Assembly (NCBI GenBank): GCA_040400605.1
Contig: JBBAPZ010000015.1
Location: 1-64,000 of the forward strand
Length of the DNA stretch: 64,000 bases
DNA from: Candidatus Sericytochromatia bacterium
Lineage (GTDB): Bacteria > Cyanobacteriota > Sericytochromatia > S15B-MN24 > JAQBPE01
Direction of reading: 5' to 3'
The notes under the pieces are model-generated. The model did no database searches, was not told the origin of the DNA, and saw only the letters and a program-made list of their open reading frames with translations. Made by a program: the position numbers and the translations under genes. Of this stretch, positions 28,487 to 39,441 are shown in pieces. Numbering within the stretch: position 1 is the first letter of the stretch; every line of letters begins with the position of its first letter.

Positions 28487-30523
28487 CTACCCGTAACCAA
28501 TTTGTAGATAAGCCGCTTGCGCCTCCTGACGCGGCAGCAAACGAAGCGCACGTTCCAGTGACCCAAGTGGCCGTCCAAAGCGCAGAATCAGCGCTTCCAG
28601 CGTAAAGTCGCCGTGCCATCCGGGATGCGTTGGCAACGTGTCAATCCACTCGGCGTCCAGCACGCGCACGGCACCCGCCGCGACATCGAACGCCACGCTG
28701 GTTACTGCACTGCGTTCGTTGCCCGCTTCATCCAGCAAGGTCAATTGAACGCGCAAATCCGTGTAATCCTCACCCGAATCGTTCACCACCCGGAGATCGG
28801 GGGCGATCGCAAGCCCCGCCAACACCTCCCCCTGCAACAAACGCAAAGACGGATACAAGGGCGCAGACACAGCAGCAAACACCTCACCCGCCGCCTTCAA
28901 ACGCCCCGTGGCATCCCGCAGCGCACTGCCAATCACAGGTGCTGCATCCGACAACCAATAGTAAAAATAACCGGCAACCCCCTCAAAACGACGCCTGCGC
29001 GCACCATCCACCCAGTCCAATACAAACTCGGCTTGCGCACGTTGCCCCCGCGCAACCGCATCAGGCCAATCAACCACAGCCGGCATCGGCCGCATCCAAC
29101 CCAAACGCCCCCACGTACACGCATCATCCGGCCGCAACAAACCGTTTGCAACCCACTCATTGAGTGTGTCACCCACCGGCAAGGCCACGTGTGCCCCCAC
29201 GGCCAAACCCGTCTCCTCAAATTCAAGCGCTTCCGCGCAAGCGGCAAGGCTCGGCGTGCGCGAACGTAAAACCGGCCGCGTGGCATCCGACCGTGCGAAC
29301 ACGTGCATGGCCCAATCAGCGGGCACATCGACATCCCGGTGACCCCCTGTGTTGACACCCCAGGCAATAATCGCCGGATGATGCCAATAACGCTCAACCA
29401 GTTCCGACACCTGCTGCGTCAACGCCTCACACAATTCAGGCGTCACATCATACGCGCCATACAACGGGGCATCCTGAATCACCATCACCCCGGCCGCATC
29501 ACAGGCTTCATAGAAAACCGGATGGGCCATGTGCGCGTGCACGCGCACCACATTCAAGCCGTTCGCACGAATCGACCTCACCTGCTCTGCCGCCCACGCT
29601 GCATCCTGCTTCGTCAAACACCAACCGGGCAACACATAGGCTCCCCGCAAAAAGACGCGCCGCTGATTCAGCCACCACACCCCCTGCGCATCACGCATCA
29701 CCGTGCGCAACGCCACGCGAACCCGATGGCGCTCCAAGCCATTGGTGGCCTCAAGCCAATAAAAAGCCGCGTCGCCTTGATCCCAACTCCACCACCATCG
29801 CGGCTGCGCCACGCGTATGGCCAGTACCGTTCGTTCATCGGCAGCACCCACACGGCGTTCGGCTTGACCGACAGTTACGCCACCCGTATCCACCAAGGAC
29901 CACGCCCAAAGCGTTTCCGCGCCTATCCCCGCCCAAGCGGCTTCAATCTCCAACCACGTTTCATCTGCGACTATCCGCACCGCATGGCGCAACGAGGCCA
30001 AATGCCGGGATAATCGCCCAACCAGCCACACACGCCCCCACAGGCCGCCAGCGGGCGATGCCTGGCCATCTTCAATGTGCCACGCTCCCGAGTGACCGGG
30101 GTGTTGTCCAAATGCCCCCCGCAACCAACGCTTGCGCGCAGGCCACGCACCCAATACTTCCTCGGGCCACGCAACACGCACCAAGAGTGTCAATGGACCC
30201 GCATGATCGCGCCACGCAGAAACGTCAAAGCTAAACGAACCGCAATATCCCGTATGCTCACCGAGATAAACCCCGTCCAACCACACCTGCGCACGGTAGT
30301 CCGCACCCTCAAAACGCAAAAAAAGCCGCTCGCAGGCGGTGGACGGCCATTCGACAACCGTGCGGTACCAGGCAACGCGCGACCGCGCGAACTCCGCATC
30401 GTGGCGATCGCATTCCCGCCACGCATCCACTGCAAGGGCATCAGGGGTTGCTACAGGCGCAACCTGAAACTGCCACGGTCCGGACAGTTCCAACGCCAAC
30501 TCGCCGCCGGCAGTTTCAGACAC
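28487..30523 (-). CDS. Glycoside hydrolase family 2 (beta-mannosidase-like)
   Basis: LSGPW, FLRFEGADY, WWWSWDQG, FLRG, NVVRVHAH, YEACDAAG, HHPAIIAW motifs. Confidence 0.8.
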   Translation of the reverse strand: MSETAGGELALELSGPWQFQVAPVATPDALAVDAWRECDRHDAEFARSRVAWYRTVVEWPSTACERLFLRFEGADYRAQVWLDGVYLGEHTGYCGSFSFDVSAWRDHAGPLTLLVRVAWPEEVLGAWPARKRWLRGAFGQHPGHSGAWHIEDGQASPAGGLWGRVWLVGRLSRHLASLRHAVRIVADETWLEIEAAWAGIGAETLWAWSLVDTGGVTVGQAERRVGAADERTVLAIRVAQPRWWWSWDQGDAAFYWLEATNGLERHRVRVALRTVMRDAQGVWWLNQRRVFLRGAYVLPGWCLTKQDAAWAAEQVRSIRANGLNVVRVHAHMAHPVFYEACDAAGVMVIQDAPLYGAYDVTPELCEALTQQVSELVERYWHHPAIIAWGVNTGGHRDVDVPADWAMHVFARSDATRPVLRSRTPSLAACAEALEFEETGLAVGAHVALPVGDTLNEWVANGLLRPDDACTWGRLGWMRPMPAVVDWPDAVARGQRAQAEFVLDWVDGARRRRFEGVAGYFYYWLSDAAPVIGSALRDATGRLKAAGEVFAAVSAPLYPSLRLLQGEVLAGLAIAPDLRVVNDSGEDYTDLRVQLTLLDEAGNERSAVTSVAFDVAAGAVRVLDAEWIDTLPTHPGWHGDFTLEALILRFGRPLGSLERALRLLPRQEAQAAYLQIGYG

Positions 30524-30865
30524 TGAGGGCCCTCCGCCGTGATGCTGACAATGACGGGATCACGCTTCCGCGTCGATGCTGCGTAAATTCGACCAGCGCT
30601 TCAACCGACGATGCTTGCGCGGTTTCGGCTGGAACCAGTTCAACCAGAACCAGCCACGATCCCGTGTCAAAGACGCCAACTCTTTCATCCGATTGGCATT
30701 TGCTTGAAATAACTGCAGAAATTGTTGCTCGGACATTATCGAATCCATTTCGCAAAAAATATTAAAAGTTAAATCGTGCCTCATTGCCCGTTCTTTAAAA
30801 AATAGCACATTCAGGGTCATCTGACACGTGATCAACGTCTTGTTTGCGACGCGCAAGGTTGGTTT

Positions 30866-31954
30866 TCAGGACGACGGGGTGCCGGTTTTTTGGCGGCGCG
30901 CCTTGAGTCGTTGAACCATGACAAGGATTTCAGCGATGGTGGTGTAAAGATCCTCCGGAATGCTGTCACCCAGTTCGACGCGTCGGTAAAGTTCGCGTGC
31001 CAGGGCGACGTTTTCGACGGTGGGCACGTCGTGTTCGGCGGCGAGTGCCTTGATGCGTTGGGCGATGAGGTCGACACCCTTCGCGACCACAAGGGGCGCC
31101 CCCATGGTGTCGCGATCATAGCGCAACGCCACGGCGTAGTGGGTCGGGTTGGTGATGACAACCGTGGCTTTGGGCACCTCCTGCATCATGCGCTTTTTGG
31201 CAGCCTCACGCTGCAGGCGGCGAAAACGGCCCTTGACGAGTGGATCGCCTTCTGACTGTTTGGATTCGTCTTTGATCTCCTGTTTGGTCATTTTAAGACC
31301 ACGTTCAAACTCCCAGCGTTGGTAAAACAGATCAAGCAGCGCGAAAAACAGCAATACCGCCACACTCCGCCAGGCAATTTCCCATGCGACGGTGGCAAAC
31401 AACGCGGCAGCCCCTTCGCGCCCCATCAACAAGGTCGCGATCATCTGTGGAAAATAAGCGGCCAACACCCCATAGATAATCGCTGCCACCACGCCCATTT
31501 TAATCAGTGCCTTGAGTGTTTCGATGACGGAGCGCAACGAAAACAGGCGTTTAAAACCTGAAAGCGGATTGATTTTCTGCAGGCTTGGCTTCAGGGGTTC
31601 AAACGTGAACAAAACCCCGACTTGCGAGTAGTTAACCAGTAAACCAACCAACAACAAAAAACCCAGAATGGGTGCCAAGGCGAGCATGGTCTGGGTGCTC
31701 AGCGCCACAAACAGCGTTTGGAAGGCGCCGACGGTCATGTCTTGGCGGGGAAAGTTGCCGAGCAATTGCTCGGTAATGCCCATCATGTGGTGACTGAGAT
31801 TGCTGAGTTGCCATTTGAGGATCAAAATGGAAGCAAGCAGCATAACGGCCGTGTTAAGGTCGGCACTTTTGGCGATGTTGCCTTTGTTGCGCGCCTCGGA
31901 CAGGCGCCGCGGCGTGGGTTTTTCGGTTTTTTCCTGCCCACCGGAATCAGCCAC
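30866..31954 (-). CDS. flhB: Flagellar export switch protein FlhB
   Basis: EKTEKPT, SEGDP, NPTH autocleavage motif, VVAKG. Confidence 0.97.
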   Translation of the reverse strand: MADSGGQEKTEKPTPRRLSEARNKGNIAKSADLNTAVMLLASILILKWQLSNLSHHMMGITEQLLGNFPRQDMTVGAFQTLFVALSTQTMLALAPILGFLLLVGLLVNYSQVGVLFTFEPLKPSLQKINPLSGFKRLFSLRSVIETLKALIKMGVVAAIIYGVLAAYFPQMIATLLMGREGAAALFATVAWEIAWRSVAVLLFFALLDLFYQRWEFERGLKMTKQEIKDESKQSEGDPLVKGRFRRLQREAAKKRMMQEVPKATVVITNPTHYAVALRYDRDTMGAPLVVAKGVDLIAQRIKALAAEHDVPTVENVALARELYRRVELGDSIPEDLYTTIAEILVMVQRLKARRQKTGTPSS

Positions 31955-31957
31955 GCG

Positions 31958-32773
31958 TCAGCCTCCGCCGTTTGTAACGCCTGCGGCCACCGCACGCAAA
32001 AAGGTGAGTAGGCCTGCAAAGTTTTGTTCAAACAGGCCTGCCATATGTTCTATCAGTATCGGGAGTGAAACGGCCAAGGTCAAGACGCCCAGTCCGATTT
32101 TGATGGGAAAGGATGCGACGAAGATGTTCATCTGGGGCATGATGCGTGCCACGATGCCCATGCCGAGTTCGGTCAGCACCAGCACCCCCATGACCGGTGC
32201 AACGAGCAAGACGGTGATCCAGAACAAATCGTTGGTGGCATCGAGAAGGAGCGACAAAGATACGCCGTCGAAACGGTATTGGCCGGGGGGGATAATCCGT
32301 AGGCTTTTCTCGAGGGCCATCAGCATCCAGAGGTGGCCATCGAGTGTGAGGTAAATCAAGCTGCCCGCGATCATGTAGATTTGTGCAATCACGGAAACCT
32401 GGGTCGCTGTTTGGGGGTCCATGATGTTGGCCATCCCAAAGCCCATCTGTTGTCCAACGATTTGCCCGGCAAACTGAAACGCGACAAACACCAATTGCAC
32501 CAGGAATCCGATGAGCACCCCAAGGACCATTTCCTGAAACAAGGCGGCGGCGAGCAGCCAGGGGTTTTCCAAGGTGAGTGGCGGCCAGTCACGCAAAAGC
32601 AAAGGTGTGAGAATCAGCGCGATAAAAAAAGCCAGCCCGATCTTGAAACGCGCGGGCACCTGGGTGTGACCCAGCATGGGGGCGATCAAGAAAATGGCGC
32701 TCGCGCGCACCAAAATGAGCAAAAAAAGCACCAGGCCTGACGCCGGCAGGGCCATGAGTCCTGTCAGATTCAT
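31958..32773 (-). CDS. fliR: FliR (canonical)
   Basis: AGQIVGQQMGFGMANIMDP, DGHL, PQMNIF motifs. Confidence 0.95.
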   Translation of the reverse strand: MNLTGLMALPASGLVLFLLILVRASAIFLIAPMLGHTQVPARFKIGLAFFIALILTPLLLRDWPPLTLENPWLLAAALFQEMVLGVLIGFLVQLVFVAFQFAGQIVGQQMGFGMANIMDPQTATQVSVIAQIYMIAGSLIYLTLDGHLWMLMALEKSLRIIPPGQYRFDGVSLSLLLDATNDLFWITVLLVAPVMGVLVLTELGMGIVARIMPQMNIFVASFPIKIGLGVLTLAVSLPILIEHMAGLFEQNFAGLLTFLRAVAAGVTNGGG

Positions 32774-32779
32774 CGCAAT

Positions 32780-33049
32780 TTACTTTGCATATTCCGGTAA
32801 ATTGACGAATATGGCCTGCATGAAGTCCAAGGTGGTGTTGAGCATCCATGGACCCAGAAAGGCCAGGCTCAGGAACACGGTTACTATTTTGGGAATGAAG
32901 GTCAGGGTCATTTCGTTGATCTGCGTCACGGCCTGAAAAATGGAAATCAACAAGCCAACAACCAATGAAATGATCAAAGTCGGCATCGACAGTTCGAACA
33001 GCAGCCACAAGCTACGCTGACTCAATTCCAGCACCAGGGTTTGGGTCAT
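32780..33049 (-). CDS. fliQ: FliQ (canonical)
   Basis: IFQAVTQINEMTLTFIPK motif. Confidence 0.95.
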   Translation of the reverse strand: MTQTLVLELSQRSLWLLFELSMPTLIISLVVGLLISIFQAVTQINEMTLTFIPKIVTVFLSLAFLGPWMLNTTLDFMQAIFVNLPEYAK

Positions 33050-33061
33050 GCGGCGCGACTC

Positions 33062-33823
33062 CTATCCAAAGCTCGTCACGAGGGCGCGCGACATCAAATG
33101 CCACCCGTCAACCAGCACAAACAAGATGATCTTGAACGGCAACGAAATCACCACAGGCGGCAGCATCATCATGCCCATCGACATCAAAATGGAAGCAACG
33201 ACCATATCAATCACCAAAAAAGGCAAGTAAATCACAAAACCGATCTGAAACGCGGTCTTCAACTCGCTCGTGATAAACGCGGGAATCAACACATAGGTCG
33301 GGATATCCCGCACGACCTTGGGCCGCTGCACCTTGGACAGTTTAACGAACAACGCCAAATCACGCTCCCTGGTCTGTCGAAACATAAACCGGCGCAAAGG
33401 CGCCTCAGCCCTCGTGAAAGCGGTCTCTTGAGAAATGGCCTTGCGAGACAACGGTTCCCAGGCGTTCTTGTACACGTCACTGATCACAGGCGCCATCACA
33501 AAAAAGGTTAAAAACAGTGACAACCCAACGATGACTTGGTTAGGCGGCATCACCTGGGTGCCGATCGCCTGCCTCAAAAAACTCAACACAATCACAATTC
33601 GCGTAAAAGACGTCATCAACACCAAAATGGCAGGCGCCAGCGACAATACCGTCAGCAACAACAACACCTGCAGCGTGACCGCCATATCTTTGGGCGCCTC
33701 ACTGCCATTGAACCCCAAACTGAATTGCGGCACCGGCACAGGCGCCGCCTCAGCGGGCAGCGCCCCTGTCACAACCCATACGAGCCAGGCAACAAACCCA
33801 AGCCCAAAAACGAGCCCGCGCAC
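33062..33823 (-). CDS. fliP: FliP (canonical)
   Basis: [42 protein letters not shown] motifs. Confidence 0.97.
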   Translation of the reverse strand: MRGLVFGLGFVAWLVWVVTGALPAEAAPVPVPQFSLGFNGSEAPKDMAVTLQVLLLLTVLSLAPAILVLMTSFTRIVIVLSFLRQAIGTQVMPPNQVIVGLSLFLTFFVMAPVISDVYKNAWEPLSRKAISQETAFTRAEAPLRRFMFRQTRERDLALFVKLSKVQRPKVVRDIPTYVLIPAFITSELKTAFQIGFVIYLPFLVIDMVVASILMSMGMMMLPPVVISLPFKIILFVLVDGWHLMSRALVTSFG

Positions 33824-33827
33824 GTAC

Positions 33828-34454
33828 TTAGCCCTCCCATTCCCGCTTCAAGCCGCCCGGTGTGCCCTCATACAGCTCATCAAAAGCCGTTGGGTCGGAC
33901 TGCAGCGCTTCTTGCGTCGCGATTTCGCGGCCAAAGCGGTTGTCACGCCCTTGACTGGATTGTATGAATTGCTTCACCGCCTGGGCATCCGTGATTTCCG
34001 TTAAAAGTGCTAACCCGCCTGCGCTCGCTCCGAGCACCAGGAGGCGATCGCCCCCGAGACTGACGACATGCACCGTATGCTGCGGCGACAGCATCGTGCT
34101 TTCAAGCAACACCACGTTCTTGCCGCGTAAGGTGGGCAAACCCAAACGCCCCTGAAAATACTGCCTGAAAACCCCGAGTGAAAGAACGATCAAACCAACG
34201 ACCAGAAGCAGTTTAAACAGCATCGAGAGCACGGTCTGCCACATTGGCGTCTCGGCATTGCGACGCGGTTCGTCATAATCCCGTAAATTCAGCGCACCAT
34301 TTTCCTTCAAGTAAGCCGGTACGCCCGTTTGCTCAGGGCGCACGGACTGCTGCGCCATTTGAGTAGCCGCTGCCAGCACCGGCTCTGGCGCCAATGTGAG
34401 CGTAACGGCAATGATCATCCAAAACCAAGCAATCGTAACCAACCAGCGGCCCAT
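33828..34454 (-). CDS. fliO: FliO/FliZ
   Basis: Signal-like N-terminus, TM helix, beta-rich domain; directly upstream of fliP; GGAG SD. Start trimmed from the long ORF call. Confidence 0.75.
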   Translation of the reverse strand: MGRWLVTIAWFWMIIAVTLTLAPEPVLAAATQMAQQSVRPEQTGVPAYLKENGALNLRDYDEPRRNAETPMWQTVLSMLFKLLLVVGLIVLSLGVFRQYFQGRLGLPTLRGKNVVLLESTMLSPQHTVHVVSLGGDRLLVLGASAGGLALLTEITDAQAVKQFIQSSQGRDNRFGREIATQEALQSDPTAFDELYEGTPGGLKREWEG

Positions 34455-34798
34455 CACGCTGCCATCTCCATAACTCATCTCACGCACCCGGCAAATGGCC
34501 TGTTCATCCAGGCACACCAAGCCACCCCGCAACAGGTTAACATAAAGCGCAGACATCCGCGCAAGACCATCATACGCCTCTTCGACACGGTGGTGAGCCG
34601 AATCGTGCTTGAAACGACAAGGTGATGCGTGTTTGGGAAAACGTCGACCGCAAAGCGAAACCGCTCGTTTCGTGGGTCGAGTGTTGCTGATTGACAAGAC
34701 GGTGACTTGATTGCGAAGCCATTGCACGGTGCACTGTCGCATGCCCGTCAAAAGACCGCCAATCGCCATTGGCGCATCGCAAGCGCCTGCGCACAGGG

Positions 34799-35827
34799 TC
34801 ATTTGAACCATTCCGGGGTCAAGCGGGGATACAGCGTCTGCATCGCGGGTTCCTGCTGCCATTCCGGCACCAAGCGTCCGATGGCTTCAATCACCTCGGC
34901 CAAGGGCTCAAAAGCTGCACCTTTTTTCACTTGGCGCATCTGTTCGCCCAATTGCTCAAAGCGTTGGTGCAACAGTGCGAGTTGATCACGCAATGCGGTG
35001 TTGGCAGCAAATCGCTTGGCCCAACGGCGTTCCTCGCGTTCGTGTGGGTTGACGGTACCGGCCAGTTGTTTCCAAATGCTTTCAGCGGCGTAAGTCTGCC
35101 AGGTTGCGGCTCGCACCAGACCTGGCTTCAACAGCTCCTGCAAGGCCTCGGCGCGGCGGAGGACGAGATCGCGCTCTTGCCGGTACCGGGCGATCGCCGC
35201 CGGGGACGTCGCCAGATTGCGATTGAGCCCCCCGTTTGCAGGCGCCGTCTCACGGGGAGCCGGAAACAACTGCCCCAACAACACGTCATCCTTAAACTCT
35301 TCGTGATAATGGGCCAAGTAATAGAACTTCAATTTCAACTCTTCGAGCAACACATCATCGAAGGTCTGGCTTTTGAGCGCGTCCCGTGCTTGAACCACGA
35401 GGCGATCCGCCTCCTTGTAACGAAAAATTGCCACTTGCACCTGCCGCACCAAAACCGGATTCTTACCCAGCATGGTCGACAAATACGAGACGATTTTTTT
35501 GGCCTTGGGGGTCACCGGATGACGATACTCGCCCCAATCTCTAACCCCCGGAACACCCAACCCACACAGGTCACACGCCCTCGCCATCAACTCAACCCGC
35601 GGTTCCAGACTGGCCGCCAGACGTCCCGCTCGCGCCAGCGTACCTTCCAAAACCAGACGCAGGGTATCAGGATCCATCGGTGCACGACCCGTGCCGCGCA
35701 CCAACGGTTGCGTGGCGGATGCGCGCCCCTCGGACTTGAGCAAACGCGACACCATCGAATCAGCGGCCTTGACCAATTGATCCGTGCCCAATGGCTCCGG
35801 GCCTGCACCCTCATTGCCCAGGCTCAC
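34799..35827 (-). CDS. Hypothetical helical protein in the flagellar operon
   Basis: 342-aa ORF co-oriented with fliY, GGAGG SD, host-like codon bias; no motif recognised. Confidence 0.7.
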   Translation of the reverse strand: MSLGNEGAGPEPLGTDQLVKAADSMVSRLLKSEGRASATQPLVRGTGRAPMDPDTLRLVLEGTLARAGRLAASLEPRVELMARACDLCGLGVPGVRDWGEYRHPVTPKAKKIVSYLSTMLGKNPVLVRQVQVAIFRYKEADRLVVQARDALKSQTFDDVLLEELKLKFYYLAHYHEEFKDDVLLGQLFPAPRETAPANGGLNRNLATSPAAIARYRQERDLVLRRAEALQELLKPGLVRAATWQTYAAESIWKQLAGTVNPHEREERRWAKRFAANTALRDQLALLHQRFEQLGEQMRQVKKGAAFEPLAEVIEAIGRLVPEWQQEPAMQTLYPRLTPEWFK

Positions 35828-35871
35828 CGCACCACCCTCCGAATCGGCACCCCCTCAAAACCAACCAGGGG

Positions 35872-36957
35872 TCAAGACAGTTTCAGGTTGCTGACCCGAT
35901 CAACCGGATTGACAATATCTGTCACCCGAATGCCAAAGCTCTCGTCAATCACCACCACTTCACCTCGTGCGATCAACTTGCCGTTCACCAGCATATCCAC
36001 TGGCTCACCCGCCAACCGATCCAGTTCCACCACGGATCCCTTACCCAAATCCAACACATCCCGTATCGCCATGCGCGTGCGACCCAATTCCACCGTCACC
36101 CGTAACGGGACATCCAGAATCAAATCGAGACCACTGATGCCTTCCAAACCGGTCGGCTGCGACAGAGGCGCAAACTGCGCCGCACGAACCGGAACCGGCT
36201 CGGCAAACGGCACTTGCTGCGACACACCGGCACCCCCACGCCGCGACACACCTGATTCTTGCGCCACACGACTCTCAATCACATCCGCCGCCAAGTGCGC
36301 ACCAGCAGACCTAACCGTTTCTTTCGCCACCGCCTCAGCCACCGCCGCCGGGTCATCCGCCGCCATCACCAAACTTTCCACCAACTTCCGCGCAGAAGCA
36401 GACTTCAACACTTGGGTCAGCGTACTGTTCACCGCCCCTTCCACCACAAAGTTAAACGTCACCAGCGTCAACAACTCCGGCCCATTGGTGTTGCGAAGCA
36501 TCTGCGACGCGGACGGCACATCAAAACCCACGACGACCGGCGACACCGTCACCCGTCGGCTGAAAAACGTGCTCATGTTGCTCGCCGCGGCCATCATCAT
36601 CTGATTAAAGGCTTCACCCAGTGCACTGGTCTGCATCTCACCAATGTCACCATCTACATCCGTGTTTGAGCCGCCCGTCATCAGCTCGCAAACAGCCAAG
36701 GCCTCGGTGCGCCCGAGCAAGAATAGTTGCGGGTGCTCATCACCCACCACATAACGCAATTCAATCAATACCGACGGCGTTGTTTGCGCCGCATAAAATT
36801 CATCTGCCTGTATCTGCGTCACCCTTGGCGTGGTAAACGTCACCGGCCGATTCAGAATCATCGACAGATTCACGGCACCCGCACCAAGCGACAGGTTGCC
36901 TAACTCCGCCATGGTCTCTTTTTCAAACTCGTCGAGTGCCCTCATCGGATCAGTCAT
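35872..36957 (-). CDS. fliY: FliY (CheC-like phosphatase domains plus FliN domain)
   Basis: ELGN and EAFNQ CheC-type motifs; C-terminal [13 protein letters not shown]...[11 protein letters not shown]. Confidence 0.92.
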   Translation of the reverse strand: MTDPMRALDEFEKETMAELGNLSLGAGAVNLSMILNRPVTFTTPRVTQIQADEFYAAQTTPSVLIELRYVVGDEHPQLFLLGRTEALAVCELMTGGSNTDVDGDIGEMQTSALGEAFNQMMMAAASNMSTFFSRRVTVSPVVVGFDVPSASQMLRNTNGPELLTLVTFNFVVEGAVNSTLTQVLKSASARKLVESLVMAADDPAAVAEAVAKETVRSAGAHLAADVIESRVAQESGVSRRGGAGVSQQVPFAEPVPVRAAQFAPLSQPTGLEGISGLDLILDVPLRVTVELGRTRMAIRDVLDLGKGSVVELDRLAGEPVDMLVNGKLIARGEVVVIDESFGIRVTDIVNPVDRVSNLKLS

Positions 36958-37955
36958 TCGTCTTCCACTTCTCGCTCATCAACCACACGGGTGACCTGCA
37001 CCGCCAATTTGTTGCGAACCAAACCGGGCCGACCCTTGAACTTGAGCTGCTCACCCACCAGGATCTGTAAATCCTCATTCACAAACGTCGACAACGGCAC
37101 CACATCACCAACACCCAAGCGCAACACATCCGCCACCGTCACATCCGCCGCGCCCAACACAACCTGCAAAGGCACCCGCGCCTGCTCAACATTGTGCCGG
37201 ATGCTTCGTGCATACTGCGGAGACTGCTCCTGCTTGGCCAAAGAAAACATCATCTGCGAACTGATCTTGTTAAGCACCGGTTCCAACACCACATAAGGAA
37301 TACAAATCGATAAAGGACCCGACGACTCACCAAACTTGGTCTCAAACGTGATCAAAACCACCACATCCGTCGGCGGCACAATCTGAATGAACCGCGGATT
37401 GGTCTCCATCGACTCCTGCTTCGGCGTAAAACGCACAACGCTCTGCCAGGCTTCCTTCAACGAATCCAGCGCACGCGCGATAATCGTGCTCACCAGCGCA
37501 CGCTCAATCTCCGTCAAGTCGCGCCGCATCCGACTCACTTTGCCCGGCCCACCCAACATGCGGTCGATGATCGCACTCGCGATGTCCAAATTGACCTCGA
37601 AAATACAATTACCCAACAAAGGCGCAATCGAAAAGATGTTGATAATCGTCGGATTCGGCACGGAACGAATGAAATCGTCGTACGTCAACTGCTCGACCGA
37701 CGCCACCTCCAACTGTACGACCATCCGCAAGTACGCCGACAACAACGTCGACAAAATGCGGCTGAAATTCTCATGGATCATCGACAGCGTTCGAATATGT
37801 TCCTTCGAAAACTTGTTTTGACGCTTGAAATCATAAAGCTGCAACGCCTTTTTAGGCTGCGCATCATCATCCTTGATGCGCTCAGCGGTCAACTCCCCCG
37901 TCGACAAAGCCGACAAGAGCGCGTCAATTTCTGACTGTGACAATATTTCAGCCAC
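36954..37955 (-). CDS. fliM: FliM (canonical)
   Basis: [11 protein letters not shown]heY-binding peptide, YDFKR, MLGGPG, ETNP.F motifs. Confidence 0.97.
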   Translation of the reverse strand: MAEILSQSEIDALLSALSTGELTAERIKDDDAQPKKALQLYDFKRQNKFSKEHIRTLSMIHENFSRILSTLLSAYLRMVVQLEVASVEQLTYDDFIRSVPNPTIINIFSIAPLLGNCIFEVNLDIASAIIDRMLGGPGKVSRMRRDLTEIERALVSTIIARALDSLKEAWQSVVRFTPKQESMETNPRFIQIVPPTDVVVLITFETKFGESSGPLSICIPYVVLEPVLNKISSQMMFSLAKQEQSPQYARSIRHNVEQARVPLQVVLGAADVTVADVLRLGVGDVVPLSTFVNEDLQILVGEQLKFKGRPGLVRNKLAVQVTRVVDEREVEDE

Positions 37956-37997
37956 GCATCAATCCTTCGACGAACACGATCCGTATCTGCTTCAGCC

Positions 37998-38582
37998 TCA
38001 AGAAACAACAAACTCCGTGAAGAATACCCGGTAAACCTCAGGCACCGGCTGCTTGACCGGATCCGCGTGCGGACCCGCCGTTTCAGACGTCATCTGGTTG
38101 ATCTTGGTCTTGATCTCTTCTTTCAAGCGCTCCTTGCCCTCGGGACGCATCAATTCAGAAGCCGTATGCCGACTGATCGTCGACACGACAACATCCTTCA
38201 TCATGTCGTTAAACCGCAACAATGGATCCACCTTCTTCGGCCCAGCGTTACCACCACCACCCTCGTGTGGCCAGATGCGTTCGTTCTCGACATACTGGAG
38301 GCTGCACGAGAAACGCAAATACCGCCCACCATTCAAATTCACCACTTGCGAACTCATCAACGCAAAACTTGGCCCAGGTGCGATGTGCTTCTCAACAAAC
38401 TGGGTCTTCACCTCTGGCTTGATCATGAAATTCTTCACGAACAAAAAGCCGCCAACCACCGAACCAAAACAAATGATAGTCATGGCCACAGCAGCCAATG
38501 CCCACTTCATCTCAAACGAAGAGCCACCCTTCTCAGACACACCCTTGCCGGGATCCTTCGCATTCTTCAAATTGGCTGCCAC
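37998..38582 (-). CDS. fliL: FliL
   Basis: One TM helix, VVNL...RYLR, EGKERLKEEI, VFFTEFVVS; lies between motB and fliM. Confidence 0.85.
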   Translation of the reverse strand: MAANLKNAKDPGKGVSEKGGSSFEMKWALAAVAMTIICFGSVVGGFLFVKNFMIKPEVKTQFVEKHIAPGPSFALMSSQVVNLNGGRYLRFSCSLQYVENERIWPHEGGGGNAGPKKVDPLLRFNDMMKDVVVSTISRHTASELMRPEGKERLKEEIKTKINQMTSETAGPHADPVKQPVPEVYRVFFTEFVVS

Positions 38583-38664
38583 AATACCCCCTACTGGCCT
38601 GACCGCACCTGCCTGGCACGATCCACACCACGGCACAGTTCCCACAAACCCATGTGAGAAAACA

Positions 38665-39441
38665 CTATTCTACACCACGCTTCATCCATTTGGACCCAGG
38701 CCGTTGCCCCTTCAAGTCCGAGCGCAGGATCACGATATCCACCCGTCGGTTGCGTGCTCGGTTGCGATCGCTGTTGTTGGGCGCCACGGGGTAGTATTCC
38801 CCATAACCTGCCGCGGATAACCGCTTGGGCGGAATTGCATGCGCCGTGATCAAAAATCGCACGACCGACGTCGCCCGCGCTGTTGATAACTCCCAATTGC
38901 TTGGATAACGTTCGGTATTGATCGGCGAATCATCAGTATGCCCCTCCACCATAATGTTACGTTTGGAATCATCCAACAAACGTGCCACGGTTTGTAATGC
39001 AGCGAGTGCGCGGGGCTTCAGGTAGGCCTCACCAGGCTCAAAAAAAGACGAGTTCGCCAGCGAAATCACCAACCCACGCTCCGTCAAAGTGGTTGTGACA
39101 CCCGCCCCGGCATCGGCATCGCCCTGCGAACCCTTCGTTTTCGCCAGATCCTTTTGCAGCTTGTCCTGCATCTCCATCATCGCCTTGGGTTCCGGCAACA
39201 ACGCCCCCCCACCGAACAAGACATTAGGCGACCCATCCAAGGGGCGATCGCTCCCCCCACTGGTCACATGAAACGCACTGGACAGCACCCGACTCAAATC
39301 CGCCACAGAAGTCTTGTCCGACATGCTGACTGCATACAAAATGATAAAAAATGCCAACAGCAGCGTGATCAAATCCGCATAGGTCAACAGCCACCGTTCG
39401 TGGTTGGCGTGCCCCCCCCCATGGCCTCTGCGCCTGCCCAT
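38665..39441 (-). CDS. motB: Stator protein MotB
   Basis: ERWLLTYADLITLL TM with the conserved Asp; OmpA-like VEGHTD, SNWELS, NRRVDI. Confidence 0.95.
   Translation of the reverse strand: MGRRRGHGGGHANHERWLLTYADLITLLLAFFIILYAVSMSDKTSVADLSRVLSSAFHVTSGGSDRPLDGSPNVLFGGGALLPEPKAMMEMQDKLQKDLAKTKGSQGDADAGAGVTTTLTERGLVISLANSSFFEPGEAYLKPRALAALQTVARLLDDSKRNIMVEGHTDDSPINTERYPSNWELSTARATSVVRFLITAHAIPPKRLSAAGYGEYYPVAPNNSDRNRARNRRVDIVILRSDLKGQRPGSKWMKRGVE

Noticed and set aside
30516..30856. Small minus-strand ORFs between flhB and the GH2 gene
   Set aside because: Two overlapping alternatives in an AT-rich gap, with no motif or clear SD; cannot support either.
34455..34862. Long N-terminal extension of fliO
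   Set aside because: Overlaps the upstream gene, is not protein-like, and a good SD precedes 34457/34454.
34769..36604. 611-aa plus-strand ORF
   Set aside because: Antisense shadow of fliY and the hypothetical gene.
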